From an uncultured Rivularia sp. (GTDB taxonomy: Bacteria > Cyanobacteriota > Cyanobacteriia > Cyanobacteriales > Nostocaceae), in NCBI GenBank assembly GCA_963665115.1, contig OY762007.1, positions 3,200,001 to 3,264,000 on the forward strand: DNA of 64,000 nucleotides, read 5' to 3'. The position numbers and the translations under genes were made by a program. The notes beneath the pieces were generated by a model, which did no database searches, was not told the origin of the DNA, and worked only from the letters and a program-made list of their open reading frames with translations. Positions 31,584 through 43,187 of this stretch are shown here, piece after piece; position 1 is the stretch's first letter, and every line of letters begins with the position of its first letter.

Positions 31584-32180
31584 GTGGCAAATAATAAAAT
31601 TTTAGTTATTGATGACACTACAGTAGTCAGGGTAAAAGTACGGGAAATGTTACCTCCGGGTAATTTTCAAGTACTAGAAGCAAAAGACGGCTTAGAAGGG
31701 CTTAAATTAATCAAGAAAGAAAGATTTAGTTTGATTATGCTAGATTTTCTGTTACCAAAGATGAGTGGCTGGGAAGTTTATCAGGAAATTCAGGCACAGC
31801 CAGATTTAAGAAAAACTCCTTTAGTTGTAATGTCAGGACGTAAAGAGGAAGTTACTGAAAAAATTTCCGAGCCGTTTGAGCATTTTGAATTTCTTAACAA
31901 GCCTTTTGACCAAAAACAGCTTATTAGCTCAATTAAAGCAGCGATGGCGAAGGCTAAACAACCTCGAACCCAACCTGTTGCTGTAGCAGCTGCTCATACA
32001 AACGGAAGCAACGGCACTAATGGCACTAATGGCAATGGAACCATGACTGCAGAATTTCCTAGTTCTGCGGCAGAAGTAGATGCACTCAATCAAAAAATGG
32101 CGAAAATGCAGTCAGAGATTGATGGTTTGAAAAAACAGCTAACACAGGTTGTTGCCTACATCAAACAAAAGATAAAGTAG
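31584..32180 (+). CDS. Response regulator (receiver domain plus C-terminal coiled coil)
   Basis: ILVIDD, LIMLDFLLPKMSG, KPF. Confidence 0.92.
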   Translation: MANNKILVIDDTTVVRVKVREMLPPGNFQVLEAKDGLEGLKLIKKERFSLIMLDFLLPKMSGWEVYQEIQAQPDLRKTPLVVMSGRKEEVTEKISEPFEHFEFLNKPFDQKQLISSIKAAMAKAKQPRTQPVAVAAAHTNGSNGTNGTNGNGTMTAEFPSSAAEVDALNQKMAKMQSEIDGLKKQLTQVVAYIKQKIK

Positions 32181-32221
32181 CTTTCTTCGTCAATTTAAAA
32201 TCTAAGCTCAAATTCTTACTA

Positions 32222-32246
32222 AAGCCTGTATAAACGGGCTTTTTTT
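32222..32246 (+). terminator. Intrinsic terminator
   Basis: AAGCCTGT-ATAA-ACGGGCTT followed by a T-run. Confidence 0.75.
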
Positions 32247-32320
32247 ATTTGCTCGAAATTTATAGTTTCAGCTTAGCTATACGAAGAGCGTGATGCCAGA
32301 GGGATATCTTACCTTGTCAC

Positions 32321-32685
32321 TACTAGCCAACCACGATAATTCTGCGGAGTTCCGGGAGTGCGAGCCGGAAAGCTCGCTAGTTGTCACGTGGGAGCGTCTC
32401 GCTCCCACTACATTTTGATTACCCCGCAAAACTAATGTGGTGGAATACTACTAGTCCTTTTCATTTGTTTTAATGGGTTGTAGAGACGTAGCAGTGCTAC
32501 GTCTCCCGACGTTAGGTCGAAAACGTACCCCTCAGAATTTATGCAAAGGACTACTACTACCCAACCACATTAATTTTGCGGTGTTAATAATTGTTCGTAG
32601 TTGCGCTTCAGCGCCTCTGGATACCGGAATATGAGGCGCTGAAGCGCAACTACGTACCCCTCAGAATTAATGTGGTGGAATACTA
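32321..32685. repeat. Three abutting MITE-like modules, each carrying a REP-like palindrome
   Basis: Imperfect terminal IRs (CCACATTAATT/AATTAATGTGG; TAGTCCTTT/AAAGGACTA); internal GTAG-type hairpins. Confidence 0.75.
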
Positions 32686-32837
32686 CGTACTAAGAATATC
32701 AATTTGAGTAATACTTAGGCATTTTCACTTATGCAATATACAGAATTTTTAAATTCTTTAACAGCGAATATATTTACTTATTCGTAATACTGAATATCAT
32801 TGGTAATTTTTATGAGCGTTTTGATACAGTTGGCTGC

Positions 32838-35800
32838 TTGATGGGAACAATAAAAACAACACGTGCTAGTGAATTGGGAATAGTCAAAATGGTTTTATCA
32901 TCATCTAAGTTATGTATGATTTCTGGGTATCGGATCATTGAGCAAATTCACATAAACAACCAAACTGTTATTTATAGAGGAGTCAGAGAAAAAGATCGTA
33001 AACCAGTAGTCATTAAACTGATGCGAAACGAATATCCTAATCCTCAAGAAATCGCTCAGTTTCGCAACCAGTACTCGATCGGGAAAAATCTAAATACACC
33101 CAGTATTGTCAAATCTTATAGCTTTGAAAATTACAATAAAAGCTATGCCCTTATAATGGAAGACTTTGGGGGAATTGCGTTAAGCAACGAAATAGAACGC
33201 TGGACTTTTGATGGAATACGCCAAAGTCCTGATTTTATCTATTATTTTCTCGATATTTCTATCAAAATAGTATCTGCTATTGATGAGTTACATCGTCATC
33301 AGATAATTCATAAAGATATTAAACCGGATAATATTTTAATTAACTCCAACACTAAGGAAATAAAAATAACAGATTTTAGTATTTCCACAATGTTATCTAG
33401 AGAAGTTCAATTCCTCAGCAATCCTGACGTTTTAGAAGGGACGCTTGCTTATATTTCCCCCGAACAAACTGGAAGGATGAATAGGGGTATTGACTATCGT
33501 AGCGATTATTATTCTCTAGGCATAACTTTGTTTGAGTTGCTAACCGGAGAATTACCTTTCAAAAATGACAACCCATTAGAGTTGATTTACTGTCATATAT
33601 CTCAACAGCCACCAGTTAACAAAATTATTAACTCTAATATCCCTTCGATAATATCAGACATAATTCGTAAATTGATGGAAAAAAATACCGAAGATCGCTA
33701 TCAAAGTGCTTTCGGAATAAAATATGACTTAGAATTATGCTTGCACCATCTACAAAAAAATAAACAGATAGAGCCTTTTGAGTTAGCAACCAAAGATATC
33801 TCAGATCGTTTTTCAATACCTGAAAAACTTTATGGTAGAGAAGTAGAGATACAAGAATTAATTGCTGCTTTTGATAGAGTTATAAATCCTCCCAAACACC
33901 ACATTGAAAAAGAAAAAGAAGTACGGAAAGGTGTAGAAGTAGTTTTTGTAAAAGGTTATTCCGGAATGGGAAAAACCGCAGTTATAGATGAAATCCACAA
34001 ACCCGTTATTAAAGAAAAAGGTTATTTCATCAAAGGGAAATTCAGCCAATTTAAACGAGATATTCCCTTTTCAGCATGGGTAGAAGCCTTAAGCAATTTA
34101 ATAGAGCAACTGCTGAGTGAAAGCGATACACAAATTGAGCAATGGAAAAGCAATATTCTCTCTAGTTTAGGTGACCAAGCTCAAGTAATAGTTGATTTAA
34201 TTCCACAGTTAGAACTAATCATTGGAGTACAACCTGAAGCAGCAGAATTATCTGGTATTGCGGCTCAGAATAGGTTACAGTTCTTATTTCATAAATTCAT
34301 CAAAATTTTCGCAATTAGAAAGCATCCCTTAGTTATATTTTTAGATGATTTGCAATGGGCAGATGCGGCTTCTCTAAATTTTGTTAAATTATTGGTGAGT
34401 GAAAATACTACAGTAAATAATCTAGGTAAATTGTCTAAAAAGTCAGGTATTCAGATGCCTGACTTTAATCAAGCTCACACTAATGATGATGATAATGCTC
34501 TATTGTTCATTGGCTCTTATAGAGATAACGAAGTTGATGTTACACACTCGCTTAATTTAACTATAAAAGAAATTCAACAAGAAAATGTAACTATTAGTTA
34601 TATAAAACTCGAACCTTTACATCAAAGTGATTTAGGTTTCTTGATTGCTGATACTTTTAAGTGCGAAGTAGATAGTATTGTTTTATTAACTCAAGTAGTA
34701 TTTGCTAAAACTAAAGGCAATCCATTCTTCATTCATCAATTTATTAAGGCTTTATATAAAGAGAAAGCGATCAAATTTAATTATGAAAGTGGTCGTTGGC
34801 AATGCGATGTTGCAGATGTAAAAAAATTAGCCCTTACAGATGATGTCGTAGAATTCATGGCGCTTCAAATAAAAAGACTACCAAGCTATAATCAAAAATT
34901 ACTAAAAGTCGCCGCTTGTATTGGCAGTAAATTTGATTTAAAAACTCTTGCTAAAATGAATGGTAAATCGACTGAAGATACGACAACAGAATTATGGGAA
35001 TCCGTATTGCAAGGGTTAGTGTTACCTGTAGTTAAAGACTACGTTTCATCAAATTCCGATCGTGAAATAACAGCATTAATAGTTGATAGTGATGATAAGA
35101 AAGAATTAGCTTTAAATCGTTCTAGAACTAGTCATTTTACATTTATACACGACCGGGTTCAACAAGCCGCTTATTCCTTGATTGCTGAGTCCGACAAACA
35201 GAAGATTCATTTAGAACTAGGAAAACAACTGTTAGAAAAGACTTCTGCCGATTCTTGGAAAGATGATATTTTTGAGACTGTTAATCAGTTCAACAAGGCT
35301 TTAGAATTAGTTACCGTTCAGCAAGAACGTTACGAATTAGCGAAAATGAACGTGCTTGCAGGACAAAAAGCTATCTCATCAACAGCTTATCAAGCAGCAT
35401 TAAAATATTTGAATACAGGAAAAGAACTGCTTATTTCTGATAGCTGGAAGACAGAATATGAATTGAGTCTGGGTTTATATGAAGCATTAGCAGAAGTTAC
35501 ATATTTAACAGGCGATTTTCAGGCTTCTGAAAAATATGTAGAAATAGTATTAGCGCAAGCTAATACGCTATTGGAAAAAATTAAAGTTTATGAAATTAGA
35601 ATTCAAGCTTATGGAGCGCAAGGAAAAGCAATAGAAGCGGTTAATACAGCACTTAATGTTCTCGAACAGTTAGGCATAGAATTTCCTGAGAATCCTACTC
35701 AATCTGATGTTGAACAAGCTATGGCACAAACAGCATTAAATCTTGCTGGCAGAGAAATAGAGGAGTTAGCCGATTTACCAGAAATGACGGAAGCAGAACC

Positions 35801-38570
35801 CTTAGCAGCAATGCGTATTCTCTCGAGTGCAATAACGCTTGCTTATCAAAGCTTCCCAGAACTAATGCCGCTAATTTGCAATAAACAAATTAGCTTATCT
35901 CTCAGACATGGGAATGCTCCCTTATCAGCCCTAGCATATATTACCTATGGATTAATTATGTGCGGAATAGTTGGAGATGTCGAAACTGGGTATAAATTTG
36001 GCAACCTAGCTGAAAACTTAGTAAATAAATTTCAGAACAAGGAAATATCGATCAAGGTGGCAGCGACATACAATCAATTAATAAAACCTTGGAAAGAGCA
36101 TATTACGAATACATTCCAACCTTTAGAAAATGTTTATTGTACTGGTATAGAAGTAGGAGATTTGGAATTCACGGCTCATGCTCTGAATGCTTTCTCTTAT
36201 CATGCATATTTTCTAGGCAAAGAACTAGAAGTACTGCAAGCAAATATTTTTAGTTACAGTGTTACTATTGAGCGAATCAAGCACGATAGAATTATTTACT
36301 GGAATGAAATCTATCGGCAAACTATCTTAAATTTGTATGAATGCGTTGAAGATCCATGCACTTTAAATGGTGAGGCATATAAAGAAGAAAAAAATATACC
36401 GCTTCATGTGGCAGCTAAAGATGGAGTTGCACTTTTTTGCTTATACATATGCAAGCTACAACTATGTTATCTGTTTGAAGAATATCTTGAAGCTTTTGAA
36501 AATGGAATCAAAGCAGAATATTATTTATATGGTGGAATTGCAAAATTCATTACTCCTCAGTTCTATTTCTACGACTCATTAACGCACTTGGCATTATACC
36601 CTGAAGCTTCTGAATCCGAGCAAAAGGAATTTATCGAAAAAGTAACGGCTAATCAAGAAAAAATGCAACATTGGGCAAATCATGCTCCGATGAATTTTCT
36701 GCATAAATTTCATTTAGTAGAAGCCGAAAAGAATAGCGTTTTAGGAAAAAAAATGGAAGCAATGGAACTATTTGATTTAGCCATTGCTGGAGCAAAAGAA
36801 AACGAATATCTTCATGAAGAAGCACTTGCGAACGAACTTGCAGCAAAATTCTATCTAAAATGGGGTAGGCAAAAAATAGCAAAAGCTTATCTTGATGATG
36901 CTTACTATGGCTACATTCGTTGGGGTGCAAAAGCTAAAGTTAAGGATTTGCAAAAACGCTATCCTCAATTACTTAATCATATTGTTTCACAGGAAGAAAC
37001 TAATAATACCGATAAAAATACTTCTTTAAGCGATATTAAACAACTATCTGAGATTAATAATCATAAAACCATATCAGGTACCAATAGCACCATCTCAACA
37101 TATTTAGATTTGGAATCAGTAATTCAAGCTTCTCAAGCACTTTCCGAACAAATACAGTTAGACGATTTACTTTCTACTTTGATGAAAGTGATTATGGAAA
37201 ATGCGGGAGCCTCTAAATCTGCTTTAATTTTAAGTAAAAATGCTAATTTAGAGTTGGAGCTAACTGCAATTAGTTGCAACGATAATATATCTTCTATTTC
37301 TACAGAATTACTTTTTACTCCTTTAGAGTCCAATAACAACGTTCCACTAAGTTTAATTAATTATGTCAAACGTACAAAGGAAAGTATCGTAATAGACGAT
37401 GTTGACACCCAAGATAACTTAGCTGCTGATAGCTACATTATCGCTCGAAAACCTAAAAGCATATTATGTATCCCAATTATTAACCAAGGAAAATTCTTCG
37501 GAATTCTTTACCTTGAAAATAAGCTAACAATAGGAGTCTTTACTCACAATCGTATAAACCTGATAAATTTAATTACTAATCAAGCTGCAATTTCTCTTAA
37601 GAATGCAATCCTTTACGATAATTTGATTGAAGCAAAAGAAAATTTAGAAAATCACAATCAAAGTTTAGAGGAAAAAGTTGTACAAAGAACGCAAGAGATT
37701 AATGACAAAAATAAAAACCTGGAAAAGGCTTTAAAGCAGCTACAAAGTACACAAGCTCAATTAGTTCAAACTGAAAAAATGTCAAGCTTAGGACAAATGA
37801 TAGCAGGAATTGCCCATGAAATTAATAACCCTGTAAATTTTATTCATGGCAATATTAATCATGCAGCTCAATATGTCCAATATTTAGTAGACTTAATCGT
37901 TATTTATCAGCAAGAATATACCAATCCCAACTCGATTGTTGTAAAGAAAGCTTCTGAAATTGATATAGATTTTGTACTTGAAGACTTACCCAAACTTCTG
38001 AATTCCATACAGGTAGGAACTTCACGTATTCGTAACATTATTTTAGGGTTACGTAACTTCTCTCGTTTGGATGAAGCCGAAATGAAATCTGTAGATGTTC
38101 ATGAAGGAATAGAAAACACCTTGATGATTTTGCAACACCGATTTAAAGCAAAAGATAGCCATCCCGAAATTCAAGTCATCAAAGAATATGGACAGCTATC
38201 TGAAATTACTTGTTACCCAAGTCAGCTTAACCAGGTGTTTATGAATATTTTGAGTAATGCAATTGATGTATTTAAAGAATCACAAATAAAACCTCAAAAA
38301 TTTGAAAATCCTACAATTTGTATTTCGACACAACTAGTAAATTCAAATACAGTAAGAATTCAGATTGCAGACAATGGTTCCGGAATTGAACAAAAAGTGC
38401 AGCAGAAAATATTTGATCCGTTTTTTACTACTAAACCAGTCGGAAGTGGTACGGGATTGGGTTTATCAATTAGCTATCAGATTATTGTTGAAAAGCATAA
38501 AGGTCAATTGATTTGTAATTCTAAAGTAGGAGAGGGGACTGAGTTTGTGATTGAAATACCGATGTCATAA
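32838..38570 (+). CDS. Hybrid Ser/Thr kinase - AAA ATPase - GAF - histidine kinase
   Basis: [29 protein letters not shown] Walker [12 protein letters not shown] domain, AHEINNP and GTGLGL. Confidence 0.95.
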   Translation: MMGTIKTTRASELGIVKMVLSSSKLCMISGYRIIEQIHINNQTVIYRGVREKDRKPVVIKLMRNEYPNPQEIAQFRNQYSIGKNLNTPSIVKSYSFENYNKSYALIMEDFGGIALSNEIERWTFDGIRQSPDFIYYFLDISIKIVSAIDELHRHQIIHKDIKPDNILINSNTKEIKITDFSISTMLSREVQFLSNPDVLEGTLAYISPEQTGRMNRGIDYRSDYYSLGITLFELLTGELPFKNDNPLELIYCHISQQPPVNKIINSNIPSIISDIIRKLMEKNTEDRYQSAFGIKYDLELCLHHLQKNKQIEPFELATKDISDRFSIPEKLYGREVEIQELIAAFDRVINPPKHHIEKEKEVRKGVEVVFVKGYSGMGKTAVIDEIHKPVIKEKGYFIKGKFSQFKRDIPFSAWVEALSNLIEQLLSESDTQIEQWKSNILSSLGDQAQVIVDLIPQLELIIGVQPEAAELSGIAAQNRLQFLFHKFIKIFAIRKHPLVIFLDDLQWADAASLNFVKLLVSENTTVNNLGKLSKKSGIQMPDFNQAHTNDDDNALLFIGSYRDNEVDVTHSLNLTIKEIQQENVTISYIKLEPLHQSDLGFLIADTFKCEVDSIVLLTQVVFAKTKGNPFFIHQFIKALYKEKAIKFNYESGRWQCDVADVKKLALTDDVVEFMALQIKRLPSYNQKLLKVAACIGSKFDLKTLAKMNGKSTEDTTTELWESVLQGLVLPVVKDYVSSNSDREITALIVDSDDKKELALNRSRTSHFTFIHDRVQQAAYSLIAESDKQKIHLELGKQLLEKTSADSWKDDIFETVNQFNKALELVTVQQERYELAKMNVLAGQKAISSTAYQAALKYLNTGKELLISDSWKTEYELSLGLYEALAEVTYLTGDFQASEKYVEIVLAQANTLLEKIKVYEIRIQAYGAQGKAIEAVNTALNVLEQLGIEFPENPTQSDVEQAMAQTALNLAGREIEELADLPEMTEAEPLAAMRILSSAITLAYQSFPELMPLICNKQISLSLRHGNAPLSALAYITYGLIMCGIVGDVETGYKFGNLAENLVNKFQNKEISIKVAATYNQLIKPWKEHITNTFQPLENVYCTGIEVGDLEFTAHALNAFSYHAYFLGKELEVLQANIFSYSVTIERIKHDRIIYWNEIYRQTILNLYECVEDPCTLNGEAYKEEKNIPLHVAAKDGVALFCLYICKLQLCYLFEEYLEAFENGIKAEYYLYGGIAKFITPQFYFYDSLTHLALYPEASESEQKEFIEKVTANQEKMQHWANHAPMNFLHKFHLVEAEKNSVLGKKMEAMELFDLAIAGAKENEYLHEEALANELAAKFYLKWGRQKIAKAYLDDAYYGYIRWGAKAKVKDLQKRYPQLLNHIVSQEETNNTDKNTSLSDIKQLSEINNHKTISGTNSTISTYLDLESVIQASQALSEQIQLDDLLSTLMKVIMENAGASKSALILSKNANLELELTAISCNDNISSISTELLFTPLESNNNVPLSLINYVKRTKESIVIDDVDTQDNLAADSYIIARKPKSILCIPIINQGKFFGILYLENKLTIGVFTHNRINLINLITNQAAISLKNAILYDNLIEAKENLENHNQSLEEKVVQRTQEINDKNKNLEKALKQLQSTQAQLVQTEKMSSLGQMIAGIAHEINNPVNFIHGNINHAAQYVQYLVDLIVIYQQEYTNPNSIVVKKASEIDIDFVLEDLPKLLNSIQVGTSRIRNIILGLRNFSRLDEAEMKSVDVHEGIENTLMILQHRFKAKDSHPEIQVIKEYGQLSEITCYPSQLNQVFMNILSNAIDVFKESQIKPQKFENPTICISTQLVNSNTVRIQIADNGSGIEQKVQQKIFDPFFTTKPVGSGTGLGLSISYQIIVEKHKGQLICNSKVGEGTEFVIEIPMS

Positions 38571-38626
38571 GATTAAGAAGATTCTACACGAATCAATATT
38601 TATATCTTTGTTCAGCAACCTCAAAT

Positions 38627-39361
38627 TCATTTATGTTTCATCGCAGTATAAAATGTAGGAACTTTAGGATAATTTCCATCTGGAAGTAAGAAAGCAATAT
38701 TAAGACAATCTTCTCCTGATTTCAATATTTCAAAATCGGGAAATAAACTTACTATTTCCTCTAATGTAACTGTACCCGGTCTCAAACCATGTTCGAGTAC
38801 AATTGTCATTTCGTCAGGCAGTTTCCCATATTTTTCTCTTATAGAATTAAAGTAGTTTACTGCATTTATACCTAGCTCAATAAGATAAATGAGACCGCTA
38901 TTTCCTAGCAATATCTGTAGAGATTCAGCGAATCTAGAACGCTTTTCTACCGGAATATGATGAAAACCCGTTCTCATATAGATATTAGCATCGCCGATTT
39001 CAGAATGAAGAGATTCTGCTTGCTCTGGCTTTAAAGCATCGAGTATTCGATATTCTATGTTTGAAGCATGATGCTTAGCTTTAGCCATTTCTAAAGCGCT
39101 TTTAGAAACATCAATTCCAATTACCTTTGTAAAATAGTCTGCAAGAAAACGAGTTTGGGTACCATTGCCACAAGCAAAGTCAATTAAAGGCAATTGAGAA
39201 TCCATCGCATCTTTGAAACGAGGTAGATCCCTAGCTGCTGCAACTTCGGGGCTGCAATCCCACAAGATAGGGTTAGACAACTTAGAAGTTTTATTCCAAT
39301 AAGATTCCCACGCGGAAGAAATATCTATATTTGGTTTGTCTTCCAAAATTATTTTTTCCAT
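38627..39361 (-). CDS. Class I SAM-dependent methyltransferase
   Basis: LIDFACGNG motif I, IGIDVS motif II, YMRTGFHH. Confidence 0.9.
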   Translation of the reverse strand: MEKIILEDKPNIDISSAWESYWNKTSKLSNPILWDCSPEVAAARDLPRFKDAMDSQLPLIDFACGNGTQTRFLADYFTKVIGIDVSKSALEMAKAKHHASNIEYRILDALKPEQAESLHSEIGDANIYMRTGFHHIPVEKRSRFAESLQILLGNSGLIYLIELGINAVNYFNSIREKYGKLPDEMTIVLEHGLRPGTVTLEEIVSLFPDFEILKSGEDCLNIAFLLPDGNYPKVPTFYTAMKHK

Positions 39362-39582
39362 CAGTCAATTAAATCTCCACTAGAGGTAACAAAAGTTGGT
39401 GTACAATCAAACTAAAAGTCATTATTTAATGAACTCATCTATTAACTATTAGTTTGTTACAAGTAAGTTCGCTCAAATAAACCTAACTATGTAACTAAAC
39501 TTAAAATACTCGAAACCACTGCGATTGCTTAATTTCGCTCTAATTCGTTCGCAATGACGTAGAGATAAATTTCTCCACTCAC

Positions 39583-41181
39583 CTAGTTAATATTAGAGAG
39601 TGATGCTTCTAATCGAATTGTTTCACTCTCACTTGATAATTGATGACTTAAGAATTTTAGTAATGGATTAGTATGAACATCTTCTAGCCATTCACTATCT
39701 ATATCTTCAATAACATGATGTTCTGCGATCAACTTACTACCACAGAAGTGACGAATTATAGGATGTATACCCGAACTTAATGAAGCTCGCTCGACATCAT
39801 CTTTATGAATCCTCTCAACTGCAAATGGATCTGGACTTGCAAATATGATATCAAGTCCAAATTCTAAAGTTACAGTATAGTAATGTTTTTGCTGACCTAA
39901 ATTGCTATCATGTACATAATCTGTAGGAATATCTCTGTAGTATCGTGCTTTATTGTCATCTTTAGATACTACAATAAGGTCACACAAATATCCAGTTTGC
40001 TGCCATAAACCAGAGCTTTTATTTACTCGCTGAATAATAGTCTGCATTAAAATTTCAGCAGTACAGTCAATTCTCTGGCAAGGTAGCTGTTGATTATAAT
40101 ATTTATAATCTAATATTTGATGTAATGCCCGAATGTTATAGCGGAATCCGTGAATAAAGCCGGATTGTTTCTTTTTATAATCCCGCATATGAGTCAATAT
40201 TCCAACAAAATATAAGTCTTTAATGTTGGTTGATTCCCATTCACTTGTTTGATTTGGGTAGCGATTATTAATAGTTAACTGAGGCTGACATGATTCATCA
40301 AAGATAGAGTTATCGAAACGGAAGCCAGTACATACTATTACACGATCGTAAATTAAATCCTCAACTTCTCCATCTGCGTGTCCGTAGGTAAAGGTAACAA
40401 TGTATTTACCTTCTTTAAACTCAATTTTTTCTACATTAGCGTCCAAAACTACATTTTGCGATTTCAGCTGGTAAGTATCAAGAAAGTTGTTGTTGATGCC
40501 TCTCAAATGCCCAACATATTTAGTCTTCCATGCCATCTCTACAGGAGTGGGACTAACTATATGAATAAGTGAAGCTGTTGCAACTAAATTATCAGCAGTT
40601 TCAAAGCCAGAGTTTCCTTTACCAATAATCAATACCCGTTGATTCGCAAAGTCTTCTGGATCTACTGATACATCTGTATAATTTTCCGCGAACTCTATTC
40701 CAGGAATGTCTGGGACATATGGTTTACTAAAACCAGTAGCTACAATTAAACGAGCCGCTGAGAAAACATTACCATTGCTATCTATCACCATAAATTTATT
40801 ATTTTTGGCGATTCTAACAACTTGGCAATTATATTTGATATTGAGGTTAAAATGATTGGCGAAATCACCGAAATATCTAACCAAATCATCTGTATGGGGA
40901 AAATATTCTCTGCTGTAATTCTTAAAAAGCATTTCTTCACTATCGCTTAATAAAGAATTCCAATCCCAACGAAGATTTATCTCAGAATCTTCAAACCCTG
41001 TGTATACTTTATTAATTGAAATTAACTTTTTATGTCTAGGAAACTTATTAAAAAAGTTTCCCGCTTTATTTGAACCTTCAAGAATAAGATAATCACGATT
41101 AGCTTTTTCGAGATAATAACCAAGCTGTAATCCAGCAGGGCCTGCACCAATAATCAAGTATTCAAATTCTGGTAAAATCAT
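39583..41181 (-). CDS. FAD/NAD(P)H-dependent oxidoreductase, FOXRED2-like
   Basis: GAGPAG and GKGNSG Rossmann motifs; ATG motif; FPRHKKLISINK, WDWNSLLS and GFIHGFRY signatures. Confidence 0.85.
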   Translation of the reverse strand: MILPEFEYLIIGAGPAGLQLGYYLEKANRDYLILEGSNKAGNFFNKFPRHKKLISINKVYTGFEDSEINLRWDWNSLLSDSEEMLFKNYSREYFPHTDDLVRYFGDFANHFNLNIKYNCQVVRIAKNNKFMVIDSNGNVFSAARLIVATGFSKPYVPDIPGIEFAENYTDVSVDPEDFANQRVLIIGKGNSGFETADNLVATASLIHIVSPTPVEMAWKTKYVGHLRGINNNFLDTYQLKSQNVVLDANVEKIEFKEGKYIVTFTYGHADGEVEDLIYDRVIVCTGFRFDNSIFDESCQPQLTINNRYPNQTSEWESTNIKDLYFVGILTHMRDYKKKQSGFIHGFRYNIRALHQILDYKYYNQQLPCQRIDCTAEILMQTIIQRVNKSSGLWQQTGYLCDLIVVSKDDNKARYYRDIPTDYVHDSNLGQQKHYYTVTLEFGLDIIFASPDPFAVERIHKDDVERASLSSGIHPIIRHFCGSKLIAEHHVIEDIDSEWLEDVHTNPLLKFLSHQLSSESETIRLEASLSNIN

Positions 41182-41339
41182 AATATTCTAGTAACAGCCA
41201 AGAATTTATACAACAGAAAAGCGCTTTTTAGGACTATTTAAGCTTGTTTTTACAAATGTAAAATTAAAATACAGGAGAAAAACCTATATATTCAATTATT
41301 AAAATTATAAAAAAGAATGAAATAGTCCTGTGAAAGCAT

Positions 41340-42089
41340 TTAGACAATAGATAATGTTTTTTCAACAAGCTCAGATTCGATAAAAGGTTTATCCATATAG
41401 TGTTTATGAGCAAAAAGAAGCATCTCGTTTGTTGCGTTCATAAAGTCTGTAAATACTCTTTCTACCAAAATAAAAGCTTTTTCTTTTTGCAGTTCTGTAA
41501 GCTTTATTTCTTCAAGAAAATGCTCTATATCATCCATATCCGATTGAATATGACCTGTTTCGACAGCATAATGAGAGTGTGCAAAATAAGGATGATGTTG
41601 TTTTGTAATTTTCTTTAATTCCTCAGCCACTAATCCTGTCTCATACAAGGCGACATTTCCTGTCACTTCTATTGATTCAATAATAACCAGCTTCATTAAC
41701 AAATCATCTTCAAAACTACACATTCCGAATAGGTTATAAGCCATCAAACGGACATTTTGTGTTTCTTCTCCCCACACAAATCTTAAGGCATCTGTAAAAT
41801 TATATTGATTATCAAAGCCAAGTAACTTAAGGTCTTGTAAAAACCATTTCCAATGACGACCATCCTCATAAGTATGCTGGTTTATCATTTGTTGGATTTT
41901 GTTATTAGCTGGCTCTTTACGAAGAGTAAGACTATTAAAGTCTTTAAAACTCATGGCAAAAGGTGTAAAGCAAGGGGCCCAAGCTAGCCTTTGTCTTGGA
42001 TGTATGCTTTTATCTTGGAGGAACTTAATAAATGGTGATTGAGCAAACTCCTGTTTTTTTATTTGAATGTATTCCAAAACTTCTTTCAT
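41340..42089 (-). CDS. Heme-oxygenase-like diiron oxidase (HDO), AetD-like
   Basis: HTYEDGRHWKWFLQDL, IIESIE and SHYAVETGH motifs; AAGGAG RBS 8 nt before ATG 42089. Confidence 0.8.
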   Translation of the reverse strand: MKEVLEYIQIKKQEFAQSPFIKFLQDKSIHPRQRLAWAPCFTPFAMSFKDFNSLTLRKEPANNKIQQMINQHTYEDGRHWKWFLQDLKLLGFDNQYNFTDALRFVWGEETQNVRLMAYNLFGMCSFEDDLLMKLVIIESIEVTGNVALYETGLVAEELKKITKQHHPYFAHSHYAVETGHIQSDMDDIEHFLEEIKLTELQKEKAFILVERVFTDFMNATNEMLLFAHKHYMDKPFIESELVEKTLSIV

Positions 42090-43187
42090 TTTCAATACTC
42101 CTTACATTAATTACCTAGCTGCAAAAAATCGGAATAAAACACCGGCATTTAAACTTTTCGTAATTCCTATTCGATGTTTTCTTATTAGCTTCTAATTTCA
42201 GTAGCTAGCTTTCTAAAACTATTATTGAATAATTTTTAAGTGTAAATATCCGTAAATACGTTTAACTATGTGTTTATTTTCAAAAAAAAATAACGGAGTA
42301 TTAATGCATCCAGAATTAAAAATTAAATACATAGTATATAGATAAATATCTAATATTATATTTTTCAAATTAGCGTATATTTAACGACTTATACCATGTC
42401 AGTAATCTGATGTAACCCTATCAAAACCGTAAAATAGTAGGCTTTATTACTTACTTGTATTGGCTAAAGATTTCAAATACTTAATAACTATAAAAATTAT
42501 CTAGCTATTTTTATTTACAGAACACTTAAGTATTATCCACTAAATGTCAACAAACCGTAATTTTATTTATTGGCTAAATATTTGCTTATTAATTAATTTT
42601 CAAAACTTGAAAAGTGGTTAAAATCTTTGATATACCTTTTAAATTAGACATCATATATAATTGAGAAAATAATGTACGCTTTTATACGTCAAGCTAATAA
42701 GCGTCAAATAGACATTTAATAACATCCAAATAGGTAGATGATTTTTTTAGGGAAATATAGTATACGCCTTAAGATTCAAAAATAGTAGTTTTTTATATAT
42801 CTTTTGATAGATGACTATTTAATTTTTAATGTCTTTCTATCACAGTCCGAAACAGTTACACTACAGAATCCATTTTCTTATCAGTAATCTAGAAACAAGC
42901 GCGAAAGAATATATCAAATTGAATTGATGTAGCTGCCTTTCATCCCGATATTTTGTCCGGTAGAATGCTAATAAGAAAGGTTTTACTTAGGTTCAAACTA
43001 ATAAAAACCAATTAGATATATTTGAGATTATCTACCTTGTATAAAAAAATAAAAATGGCTGTTCGCTTTAATTGGAACAGCCATTTACTATTAATGAAAA
43101 ATTATTCTTTTGACAACACTTAAGTATTGCTAACGAAAGATCGTTTTCAAGCTCCTTGTAATAAAGGAGCGAAAAAAGTAATTCCTT

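Noticed and set aside
32321..32685. Possible CRISPR or attC cassette array
   Set aside because: Units have inverted ends and palindromic interiors, not direct repeat-spacer structure; no ORF cassettes or integrase.
38627..42089. Calling the cluster an aetokthonotoxin pathway
   Set aside because: Only an AetD-like gene is present. The flavoprotein does not resemble AetF or AetA as I recall them, and there is no P450.
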